Origin: a virus
Taxonomy: Duplodnaviria > Caudoviricetes
IMG/VR virus record: IMGVR_UViG_3300035704_000009
Coordinates: 1-60,893 of that record
DNA: 60,893 nt
Direction: 5' to 3' (one strand)
A program made the translations under genes and the position numbers. The notes under the pieces were generated by a model. That model saw nothing but the letters and a program-made list of their open reading frames with translations. It made no database searches and was not told the DNA's origin. Shown here piece by piece: positions 1 to 7,053 of this stretch (positions within the stretch are counted from its first letter, which is position 1; each line of letters begins with the position of its first letter).

Positions 1-170
1 TAGCGCACGGCACCGGAGGTGGCCATGCCGCCAGCACGGAGGACCGCGTCGACGATGAACTCGTTCTGGGTCATGTCCAAGATCAGGGCCGGGATGGTCA
101 GGGGGTCCTTCAGGAGCGCGTCAACGGTTACCCGGGGGCCGTCGAGGCTGGAATATGCGGGTGTGGGCAC
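1..170 (-). CDS. Major capsid protein, N-terminal part (runs off the window)
   Basis: Not in ORF track. Manual translation from GTG at 170: MPTPAYSSLDGPRVTVDALLKDPLTIPALILDMTQNEFIVDAVLRAGGMATSGAVR, resembling actinophage capsid N-termini. AAGGA RBS upstream; follows protease/scaffold and decoration genes. Confidence 0.75.
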   Translation of the reverse strand, partial: MPTPAYSSLDGPRVTVDALLKDPLTIPALILDMTQNEFIVDAVLRAGGMATSGAVR

Positions 171-197
171 GGTGCGTACACATCCTTTTTGGGTCGC

Positions 198-233
198 TCA
201 TGCACCCACGGAGGGTGTATGATGGGTACATGA
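198..233 (+). promoter_or_regulatory. Leaderless promoter with inverted-repeat operator for the arc-tnpB operon
   Basis: TATGAT at 218-223, 6 nt before ATG 230. Flanking arms TCATGCACCCA (198-208) and TGGGTACATGA (223-233) form an inverted repeat with 1 mismatch. Confidence 0.6.
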
Positions 234-373
234 CGAAGCACATCTCGCTGCGTGTGCCGGACGAGTTGCTAGCGCGGCTTCAGGCCGCTGCTGGGCGGGA
301 TCGGCGCTCGCTGAACAGCGAGGTTTTGTGGCTGCTGGAGCGCGGGCTAGATCAGGACGAGGCTGGCGAGTGA
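230..373 (+). CDS. Arc-like ribbon-helix-helix DNA-binding protein
   Basis: MTKHISLRVPDELLARLQAAAGRDRRSLNSEVLWLLERGL has the Arc signature (LRxP...RSLNSE). GTGA overlap with tnpB. Confidence 0.85.
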   Translation: MTKHISLRVPDELLARLQAAAGRDRRSLNSEVLWLLERGLDQDEAGE

Positions 374-1572
374 GCCGGTTCCGCCTCTGCCCGACGCCTG
401 CTCAGGAGGCGATCCTCCGAGAGCACTGCGCGCATGCCCGGTTCGTGTGGAACCTGTGCGTCGAGCAGCAGACGTGGTGGCGCCCGGGCAGGGGCCCCGT
501 ACCCGGCTGGGCGGAGCGAAGCCGGCAGCTCACCGAGGCGAGAGCGGCCGAGCCGTGGCTTGCTGCCGGGAGCGCCATGGTGCAGCAGCAAGCACTGCGG
601 GACTACGGCCAGAGCATGGACATGTTCTATGGCGGTTCGTGCGGCAAGCCGTCATGGAGAAAGGCCAAGCGCAACGAGGGCTTCCGTATCGTGGGCGCAC
701 GCGGAAGCGTGCGGCACTGCTGCTGGGACGTCCGCCGTCTCTCGCGCCATGTCGGCGAGGTCCGTATCCCGAAGGTCGGGTGGGTCCGGTTCCGCTGGAG
801 CCGTGCCGTTCCGGATGCGAGGTCCTACCGGATCACGATGGATCGCGCTGGCCGCTGGCATGTCGCGTTCGCTGCGATCCCAAGCCCTGTCCCGGGTCCC
901 GGAACCGGGGAAGTGGTCGGCGTAGACCGTGGCGTGACTATAAGTGCGGCATTGTCCACGGGAGAAATGCTGACCGCGCCGCGCCTGAGTCCCGCACGAC
1001 AGCGACGGCATATCCGGCTTCAGCGCAGACTGGAGCACGCGAAGCGCGGCTCCAACAGCCGAGCCAAAATCCGTCTGCGCCTCGCAAGATTGCGAACCCG
1101 CGATCGTTGCGCCCGCAGAGACTGGGCCGAGAAGACGAGCACGGACATCGCCCGGCGGTTCGACCTGATCCGGATCGAGGATCTGCATGTTGAAGACATG
1201 ACCAGGAAGTCGGCACCCAGGCCCGACCCTGTTCGGCCAGGGGCCTTTCTCTCAAATCGCGCCAGCGCCAGGGCGGGACTCAACCGTGAGATCCGCGCCA
1301 GCGGCTGGGGCTTGCTCGCGCAACGGCTGGAAGAGAAGGCACCTGGCCGAGTTGAGAAGATCAACCCCGCCTACACGTCACAGACCTGCAATGCCTGCGG
1401 ACACTGCGAACCCGGGAACCGCGAGAGCCAAGCGTTCCTGTGTAAGCACTGCGGGCACACGGATCATGCTGACGTGAATGCGGCTAAGAACATCGCGGCA
1501 GGGCATGCCGTGACTGCGCGGGGAGGCTTCCGGGTTGCCGGGCCGTTGAACCGTGAACCTCGGGCTGCCTAG
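370..1572 (+). CDS. tnpB: TnpB RNA-guided nuclease #1 (IS200/IS605 family), RuvC triad intact
   Basis: N-terminal RFRLCPT..Q..L..H..ARFVWN; RuvC-I VGVDRG, RuvC-II IRIEDL, zinc finger CNACGH/CKHCGH, RuvC-III ADVNAAKNI. Start placed at GTG 370. Confidence 0.95.
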   Translation: MSRFRLCPTPAQEAILREHCAHARFVWNLCVEQQTWWRPGRGPVPGWAERSRQLTEARAAEPWLAAGSAMVQQQALRDYGQSMDMFYGGSCGKPSWRKAKRNEGFRIVGARGSVRHCCWDVRRLSRHVGEVRIPKVGWVRFRWSRAVPDARSYRITMDRAGRWHVAFAAIPSPVPGPGTGEVVGVDRGVTISAALSTGEMLTAPRLSPARQRRHIRLQRRLEHAKRGSNSRAKIRLRLARLRTRDRCARRDWAEKTSTDIARRFDLIRIEDLHVEDMTRKSAPRPDPVRPGAFLSNRASARAGLNREIRASGWGLLAQRLEEKAPGRVEKINPAYTSQTCNACGHCEPGNRESQAFLCKHCGHTDHADVNAAKNIAAGHAVTARGGFRVAGPLNREPRAA

Positions 1573-1632
1573 CAGCCCGGAATCCTCGGTCATGGCCCGG
1601 GGAGGATGCCAAAGCTCGCTCGATGGTCCTCA
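1480..1632 (+). ncRNA. Predicted omegaRNA/reRNA of TnpB #1; guide about 1613-1632 (AGCTCGCTCGATGGTCCTCA)
   Basis: Hairpin CGGGCTGC-CTA-GCAGCCCG (1561-1579), then IS605-type right end GGAATCCTC...GAGGATGCCAA ending at 1612. 5' boundary is approximate. Confidence 0.65.
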
Positions 1633-1902
1633 GTGTTCCTTGATGGTGACGTCGTAGAACTTCGTCGGATCGAAGGGTGGGTGGCTAATTGACGTGGCCG
1701 GACTGCCGCTGAAAGTAACCCTGACCATTACGGCGACTTGGTAGTCAGAGTTCAGGGCCCCGTACAACCACGTGATGTAGCCACCATCATCAGTAGTCGG
1801 ATCGGCGAGGTTTACGAACGACAAGACATTCCCGCTGGTGCCATCCGGGGCGCTATTGATATTGATGTGGGTGGCCGCAAGCACCACATCTCCGCTGGCC
1901 AT
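1630..1902 (-). CDS. Hypothetical protein (possibly virion-associated)
   Basis: 90 aa ORF coupled (TGATG) to the decoration gene; lower GC than neighbours. Confidence 0.65.
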   Translation of the reverse strand: MASGDVVLAATHININSAPDGTSGNVLSFVNLADPTTDDGGYITWLYGALNSDYQVAVMVRVTFSGSPATSISHPPFDPTKFYDVTIKEH

Positions 1903-2369
1903 CAGCCGAAGATGCGGGCTCGGCCCACGACGTTGGTGGCGACGACCACGCCGCCGGGCTGGGTGCAGCGGCCGATGATGGTCTCCGCGAGGGTGTCGGT
2001 GCCGCTGACCCAGGGGGTGACCTTGCCGCTGGCGGCGGACTTCAGGAGCGTCCCGAAGTCGCAGTCGATGGCGTAGGTGACGTGCATGTCGGCGCCGTGG
2101 TAGACGCTGACGTAGTCGGGCAGGACGCTGATGTCCACTAGCGGCTGGCCGTAGCCGGTGGTGTCGCCGGCCTGGTTGGGGATCGGCGCGGCGTCGTTCC
2201 CGGCCACGCCGAGGACGTTGAGCGCGCCGTGGCTGCTGGAACCGGCGCCGGCGACCGAGACCGTGGTGGCCGGGCTGGCGTCCGCGACGACCAGCTGGCC
2301 GCCGAGTACCTGCGCCGAGACCTGGTAGCTATCCGGGCCGTGCTTGACGTGGGGCAGAGAGCCGGGCAT
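1902..2369 (-). CDS. Head decoration/capsid cement-like protein
   Basis: Gly/Ala/Val-rich beta protein (VLGGQLV, VLGVAGNDA, LKSAASGKV) between scaffold and capsid genes. Confidence 0.65.
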   Translation of the reverse strand: MPGSLPHVKHGPDSYQVSAQVLGGQLVVADASPATTVSVAGAGSSSHGALNVLGVAGNDAAPIPNQAGDTTGYGQPLVDISVLPDYVSVYHGADMHVTYAIDCDFGTLLKSAASGKVTPWVSGTDTLAETIIGRCTQPGGVVVATNVVGRARIFG

Positions 2370-2397
2370 CGTTCACCGTCCTGTTGCGGGTTTGGGC

Positions 2398-2428
2398 ATG
2401 AAAAAAGCCCGCCAGGCGGACGGGCAGG
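2398..2428 (-). terminator. Intrinsic terminator-like hairpin
   Basis: Minus strand GCCCGTCCGCCTGGCGGGC followed by TTTTTTCATG. Confidence 0.6.
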
Positions 2429-2449
2429 GGTTTGGGATGAGGGGCTGGG

Positions 2450-2716
2450 CTAGTTGCTGGTGCCGACCTGGCCGCCTGTTTCCTGGACGGCGGACAGAGG
2501 CAGCAGGGCGTCCGCGTTGACGGTGGTGATCGCCGTGTACAGTTCCCCGCCGTCGTCCAGGACGATGGGCTGGCCCTTGGGGAACGTGGTGTCCTGCAGC
2601 TGGGTCCAGGTCGCCGGGTCGGTGGACGCGGAGCCGTTGCCGTTCAGGGCGTCCGGGACAGCCGTGCCGGCGGGGACCGTCACGTCAGCGGCGAGGGTGT
2701 AGGCGCCGATCGCCAT
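2450..2716 (-). CDS. Hypothetical head-region protein
   Basis: 88 aa ORF in operon orientation, directly after protease/scaffold. Confidence 0.7.
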   Translation of the reverse strand: MAIGAYTLAADVTVPAGTAVPDALNGNGSASTDPATWTQLQDTTFPKGQPIVLDDGGELYTAITTVNADALLPLSAVQETGGQVGTSN

Positions 2717-2719
2717 GGG

Positions 2720-4009
2720 CTAGAGGCCGTACTTGCCGGAGTGCACGATCTCGTTGACCAGGCCCTGCCGCTCGGCCACGGCGGCGTCCTCGGCGGCCTT
2801 CTCGGCCTCGGCGCTGAAGTCCAGCGGGGTGCCGAGCTCACCGGACAGGTCCAGCATCTTGACCGTCTTGCCGACCTCGGCGAAGACCTTGCGCATGATC
2901 GCGCCGGCGTCCACGGACGAGCCGTTGGCCAGTTCCACGACGTGGCCGTTCCCGCGCAGCAGCGGGCGGGCCAGGTCGGTGATCCGCGGCGGGATGCCGA
3001 ACTCGCGGGACAGGTGGCCGCGCTCCTTCTCGAACGCCGCGTCGTCCAGTGCGGAGGTGACCCGGGCCAGTTCCAGTTCGGTCTGCTCGGCGCGGGCGTT
3101 GGCCAGGTCGATCGCGGCCTGCTGCTCCGACGAGAACGCCGCGCCGGCCGTGGCAGGCACCTTGTCCTCCGCAGCCGGCTCCCCGTCCTCGCCGCCCTCG
3201 TCCTCATCCTCGGGGCCGTCCTCGGCGGGGAGGGAGTCGATGAGGGCCTGCAGTTCCTCGTCGGACAGCTCGTCCTCCGTGGCGCCTTCGGTGCCTTCCG
3301 GCGTGGTCTCGGCGGCGGCGAGGAGCGCGGTGAACTTGTCCTCGTCCAGGTCCAGCAGCCTGCCCAGCCGGGCTTCCTGCTCAGTGGTCAGGGCCATATC
3401 GTGTTCCTCCGTTGCGGGAGTGCCGGGGTCGGCTGGTGGTGTGTCCTGCGGTTCCGTCTTGCGGTGCTTCCCGGCCGTGGGACTTTCCGGGGCGGCGTAG
3501 TCGGTGTCGGTGAGGTCCAGGACTTCCCCGTCCTCGTTGGATGCCTCCACGGCCTGCCACGGGCGCATCCCGGTGATGCGGGGGTCCAGGGTGCCGAGGA
3601 CGTGCTGGAGGGCGATCCGGAAGTTCCGGCCGTCCGCGCGGGCATAGTCCTCCACGATCCGGGCCGACACGCCGAGGTGCGGGTTGGAGCGCAGCAGCGC
3701 GTCGCCGTCCTCGGTGGCCGCGACGATCACGTCCAGGCCGTCGTCGGTCATCTCGAGCGCCGCGACCTCGCCGCGGAAGCGCTCCGGGTCGTTGGAGTGG
3801 GAGTTGTCGCCCGGCGCGATCTGGAAGGGCACCTGGTCATAGGCGCGGTCCCGGAATGCCGCGGCCAGTTCGGTGAGGTACTGGCGGTCGAACCGGATCT
3901 TGCGGCCCTTGTAGTCAATGGTGCCTACGGGCAGGAGTTGCTTGCGCCAGATGCGCCGGCCCGCAGGCTGGGCGCTGCCCTTGTCATAGGGGGTCAGGAG
4001 CGCGGTCAT
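2720..4009 (-). CDS. Mu-like prohead protease fused to scaffold
   Basis: N-domain resembles Mu gpI-type protease (GTIDYKG..F, HSNDPE, GVSARI, HVLGTLDPRITGM); acidic coiled-coil C-half with an internal Met. Confidence 0.75.
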   Translation of the reverse strand: MTALLTPYDKGSAQPAGRRIWRKQLLPVGTIDYKGRKIRFDRQYLTELAAAFRDRAYDQVPFQIAPGDNSHSNDPERFRGEVAALEMTDDGLDVIVAATEDGDALLRSNPHLGVSARIVEDYARADGRNFRIALQHVLGTLDPRITGMRPWQAVEASNEDGEVLDLTDTDYAAPESPTAGKHRKTEPQDTPPADPGTPATEEHDMALTTEQEARLGRLLDLDEDKFTALLAAAETTPEGTEGATEDELSDEELQALIDSLPAEDGPEDEDEGGEDGEPAAEDKVPATAGAAFSSEQQAAIDLANARAEQTELELARVTSALDDAAFEKERGHLSREFGIPPRITDLARPLLRGNGHVVELANGSSVDAGAIMRKVFAEVGKTVKMLDLSGELGTPLDFSAEAEKAAEDAAVAERQGLVNEIVHSGKYGL

Positions 4010-5187
4010 GCTGCCGCCTTCTGGTGCATCGCCGCAGCCCGCCTGGCCAGCGCTTCGGCCTGGGCGGGCTTCATGCCCTTGGCGATCAGCTTCTTGTAGA
4101 CGGCCTGGGCGTAGGGGGACAGGCCAGACGGACCGCCGCTGCCGGCTGGCTTCCCGCTTCCCATGGTGGTCACCCGGGGGCCGTCAGAGGATGAGGCATT
4201 CGACGTGACCGGGAGCGACCCGGCGAGGTCCACGGCCTTCCCGTCGTCGTTGCTCGCGGCCACGCCCATCTGCTGGGCGGGTACCATCGCGGTGCCGGAC
4301 TTCGAGCCAGCGGCGAGGCGGTTGTGCACGGCGATCAGCCCGGCCAGCGCACCCTGCTGCGAACCTGACGCGGGGGCCTTGACTCCCGAGGCGTGGGTGC
4401 CCTGGTAGCCGCGTCCCTTCGCGGCCAGGGTGCCGACCTTCATGCCGGTGCTCTTGTGCTGCACGGTGATGGTGCCGGGGCCGGAGCGGCTCATCTGCAC
4501 GTCGGCGGCACCGCGGACCTTCGGCATCCTGCGGGCTGCGGCCATCTCGATCACCTTCCCGTGTTCTGCGGCCAGGCGCGTGGTGGAGGCGCTCGCGAGC
4601 GATGCGCGCTGCGCCCGGGCGACCAGTGCCCGCCCGGCCGGCGTGCCGATGTCGGCTTTGGCGACGGCTGCGGCGCGGCCTTCCCGGGTGGACAGATCCG
4701 GTGCACTGGGGTGCGTGTGGTCAAGGTCGCCGCGCATCCGGTGCTGCTCGGCGTGGCCAGCCTGCAACTGGGCGATCGACGGGCTCTTGGGGCCGACCCG
4801 CCGGCCGCCAGCGGGAACCCCGCTGTGATGCTCGGTCATGTGCTGGACCAGCTGACCCTTGGTGCCCTCGAAGACCCAGCCGTGGCTGTAGCCCTTCGGG
4901 CCGGTCAGCTCGACGGCCGGGCCGTCGTTCGCTGCCTGGAATGCCCAGGTGCCCTTCACGCCCGGCGCGTTCGTGGCCTTGAGCTCCTTGGCCCGCTTGC
5001 GGATCAGCGCGGCGAGGGCCGGGCGCTTGGAGGCGGGAGCGCGGCCGACCGAGCGGATCGCGCGCTTGAGGTAGTCCACGTTGGGGATCGGGAAACTCGG
5101 CGGCGAGCCGGGCGCAGCGGGCAGCGCCTGTCCCATGGCCGCGAGCTTCCTGCGGCCTGCGGCGCGCTGCGGTGGCGGTGTCTTCAC
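4006..5187 (-). CDS. Multi-module basic head/core protein
   Basis: Start re-assigned to GTG 5187 (GGAGG RBS); modules FPIPNVDYLKRAIRSVGRA and GPKGYSHGW; ATGA-coupled to protease. Confidence 0.7.
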   Translation of the reverse strand: MKTPPPQRAAGRRKLAAMGQALPAAPGSPPSFPIPNVDYLKRAIRSVGRAPASKRPALAALIRKRAKELKATNAPGVKGTWAFQAANDGPAVELTGPKGYSHGWVFEGTKGQLVQHMTEHHSGVPAGGRRVGPKSPSIAQLQAGHAEQHRMRGDLDHTHPSAPDLSTREGRAAAVAKADIGTPAGRALVARAQRASLASASTTRLAAEHGKVIEMAAARRMPKVRGAADVQMSRSGPGTITVQHKSTGMKVGTLAAKGRGYQGTHASGVKAPASGSQQGALAGLIAVHNRLAAGSKSGTAMVPAQQMGVAASNDDGKAVDLAGSLPVTSNASSSDGPRVTTMGSGKPAGSGGPSGLSPYAQAVYKKLIAKGMKPAQAEALARRAAAMHQKAAA

Positions 5188-5220
5188 TGCCCTGCCTCCC
5201 TGAGCCCTATCATCTGGCTT

Positions 5221-5487
5221 ATGCGGGAACGTCAGCGCCTCATGGTCAGCAGGCAGCACGGAGTCACTGCGCACACCGAGATCATTGATGATGACGCCGG
5301 CTTCGCGCAGCGGGCACGTGAGCTGAAAGACTGCGTGCCACCCGGCTTTGGTCCCGTCACGGGCCGGTTCATCGCTGTCACCTGCAACGGCTGCGGCGCT
5401 TCGGAGCGCCTGGACTTTGACCAGCCACAACTGCCCGGCAACTGGATCACGCGCGATTCCGGAGAGTTCTGTCCTGCCTGCCAGTGA
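5221..5487 (+). CDS. Small antisense leaderless gene, CxxC...CPxC zinc-binding protein
   Basis: TATCAT at 5208-5213, 7 nt before ATG; motifs CNGC and CPAC. Confidence 0.6.
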   Translation: MRERQRLMVSRQHGVTAHTEIIDDDAGFAQRARELKDCVPPGFGPVTGRFIAVTCNGCGASERLDFDQPQLPGNWITRDSGEFCPACQ

Positions 5488-5497
5488 AGACCGGGGG

Positions 5498-5593
5498 TTA
5501 GGACGCCACTGCCAGCCGGTCACCCCGCGCCCAGGAGTATCCGGGCGGTGGAAGGGTCGTAGCCCGCACCTGCGGTCTGCGCTCACCCATCGC
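5498..5593 (-). pseudogene. Displaced ancestral 3' end of the 7050-8621 gene; its start supplies the TnpB #2 guide
   Basis: Translates AMGERRPQVRATTLPPPGYSWARGDRLAVAS*, homologous to the resident C-terminus AMDAPQRAAMRSVILPPPGFEWTTADRLAVAAL*. Confidence 0.85.
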
Positions 5594-5720
5594 TTGACAT
5601 CCTCGCCAACCCTAAGGACGGCGATTCCTGGTGTGCTTATGCAGCACTTTCCAGAGGTTCACGGACGCTCGGTGTCGCCCCTCCGGCATGCCCTGCCGCG
5701 ATGTTGATACTGGCGTTGAG
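5574..5720 (-). ncRNA. Predicted omegaRNA of TnpB #2; guide about 5593-5574 (GCGATGGGTGAGCGCAGACC)
   Basis: Minus-strand right end GGAATCGCCGTCCTTAGGGTTGGCGAGGATGTCAA ending at 5594; 5' boundary approximate. Confidence 0.7.
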
Positions 5721-6878
5721 ATCCGCGTTGCAGGTGAAGCCACAGTTGGTGCAGACAAACTCGGCTTGGCTCTTGCGCGAGTTCTTGTCGATCCAACCGC
5801 AGCCGCTGCAACGCAGGCTGGTGTAGGCGGCCCTGACCTTCTCCACCCGGCCCGGCGCTTTGTCCTCGGTGCGCCGGGCCAGCATTCCCCAGCCCTGCGC
5901 AAGGATGGCCCGGGTTAGCCCGGATTTCTGCGCAACGTTCTTGCCTGGCCGCTGAATGGTGCCCTTGGCGCTGGCCGTCATGTTCACGATCCGCAGATCT
6001 TCAAAGCGGATCACATCAAATCGGCGGGCCAGTCCCGTGGAAGTCTTCTCTACCCAGTCCTTGCGGATGTCAGCGCTGCGGGCATGCAGCCGGCCAAGCT
6101 TGGCGTACTCGGCGGCCTTTGCCGGGGAATCCTTCGGCGCTCGCGCCGCACGCTGCTCGGCTTTCCGCAGCGCGGCTTCCTGCTGCACCGGGAGGCCGGG
6201 GCAGTGCAGGGTCTCGCCCGTTGATAGTGCGGCAGTGATTGCTATACCCCGGTCGATGCCTACGACCTCGCCCGTGCCGGGGCCTGGGATCGGTGCCGGA
6301 ATAACAGCGAAGCCCACGTGCCAGCGCCCGGACCGGTCCAGGGTTACCCGGAAGGACTTGCACTCAGGGACGGTGCGGGACCAGCGGAACCGGACCCAGC
6401 CGACCTTGGGGATCTTCACCTGGCCCCATCGGCGGTTGAGGCGCCGGGCATCCCAACTACAGCCCCCGCCGGGACCGCGCCTGCCCGTAATCCGGAAGCC
6501 TTCGTTCCGGTACTTCTTCCGGCGGCCGGGGTAGCCGTGCGTGCCAGCCAGAAAGTACCGGAAGGACTGCTCGAAATCCCGCAACGCCTGCTGCTGGACG
6601 TTCACCGAGCCTGCGGCTAGCCACTCAAACTCGGCACGCGCTTCGGTCAGCATCCGGCACTGTTCCATGAGTCCCGGTAGCGGGACGGTCGGACGCCGTT
6701 TCTGGTGAATGCAGGTGTTCCCGTCCCGATCCGTGCGACGGGAGGCGTTGCCGTAGGTTTCCAGTCGGCCGAAGTCATGCAGACTGGCGGCTAGGTTCCA
6801 TATGTACCGCGCATGCGCACAGTGCTGCCGCAGGATTGCCTCCTGCGGCACTGTCGGATACAGCCGGTACCTGGACAT
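5637..6878 (-). CDS. tnpB: TnpB RNA-guided nuclease #2, RuvC triad intact
   Basis: RYRLYPT; VGIDRG; IRFEDL; CSGCG/CTNCG; ADLNASINI. Confidence 0.95.
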   Translation of the reverse strand: MSRYRLYPTVPQEAILRQHCAHARYIWNLAASLHDFGRLETYGNASRRTDRDGNTCIHQKRRPTVPLPGLMEQCRMLTEARAEFEWLAAGSVNVQQQALRDFEQSFRYFLAGTHGYPGRRKKYRNEGFRITGRRGPGGGCSWDARRLNRRWGQVKIPKVGWVRFRWSRTVPECKSFRVTLDRSGRWHVGFAVIPAPIPGPGTGEVVGIDRGIAITAALSTGETLHCPGLPVQQEAALRKAEQRAARAPKDSPAKAAEYAKLGRLHARSADIRKDWVEKTSTGLARRFDVIRFEDLRIVNMTASAKGTIQRPGKNVAQKSGLTRAILAQGWGMLARRTEDKAPGRVEKVRAAYTSLRCSGCGWIDKNSRKSQAEFVCTNCGFTCNADLNASINIAAGHAGGATPSVREPLESAA

Positions 6879-6909
6879 GGGACCATTCTAGCGCAATTAT
6901 GGTCCCATG
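6876..6909. promoter_or_regulatory. Divergent promoter/operator between tnpB #2 and arc
   Basis: Perfect 11-bp inverted repeat CATGGGACCAT / ATGGTCCCATG containing both start codons; minus-strand TAGAAT 6 nt before the tnpB ATG (leaderless). Confidence 0.75.
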
Positions 6910-7053
6910 AAGCACGTCAACCTGCGTGTCCCCGACGACATCCACGCCGTGCTTGTGGCTGCCGCTGAGGCCGAACGCCGCTCGCTCAACAGCATGGTCA
7001 TCATCATGATCGAAGAAGCACTCCAACGCAGAGCGGATCACGCACAGGACTAG
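6907..7053 (+). CDS. Arc-like ribbon-helix-helix protein
   Basis: Not in ORF track: MKHVNLRVPDDIHAVLVAAAEAERRSLNSMVIIMIEEALQRRADHAQD; clear paralog of 230-373. Confidence 0.85.
   Translation: MKHVNLRVPDDIHAVLVAAAEAERRSLNSMVIIMIEEALQRRADHAQD

Larger units (their letters stand above)
198..1612 (+). mobile_element. Transposase-less arc-tnpB cassette #1, antisense within the head operon
   Basis: arc + tnpB + right end; no tnpA; left boundary uncertain. Confidence 0.7.

Noticed and set aside
186-203. TCGCTCATG at the left edge of cassette #1 resembling guide TCGCTCGATG as a target-site duplication
   Set aside because: Short, gapped match that overlaps the operator; the in-frame SSLDGP match to the capsid gene explains the guide better.
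4006-5586. 526-aa version of this ORF from the track
   Set aside because: The upstream extension crosses the antisense gene and the displaced remnant; a GGAGG RBS supports GTG 5187.
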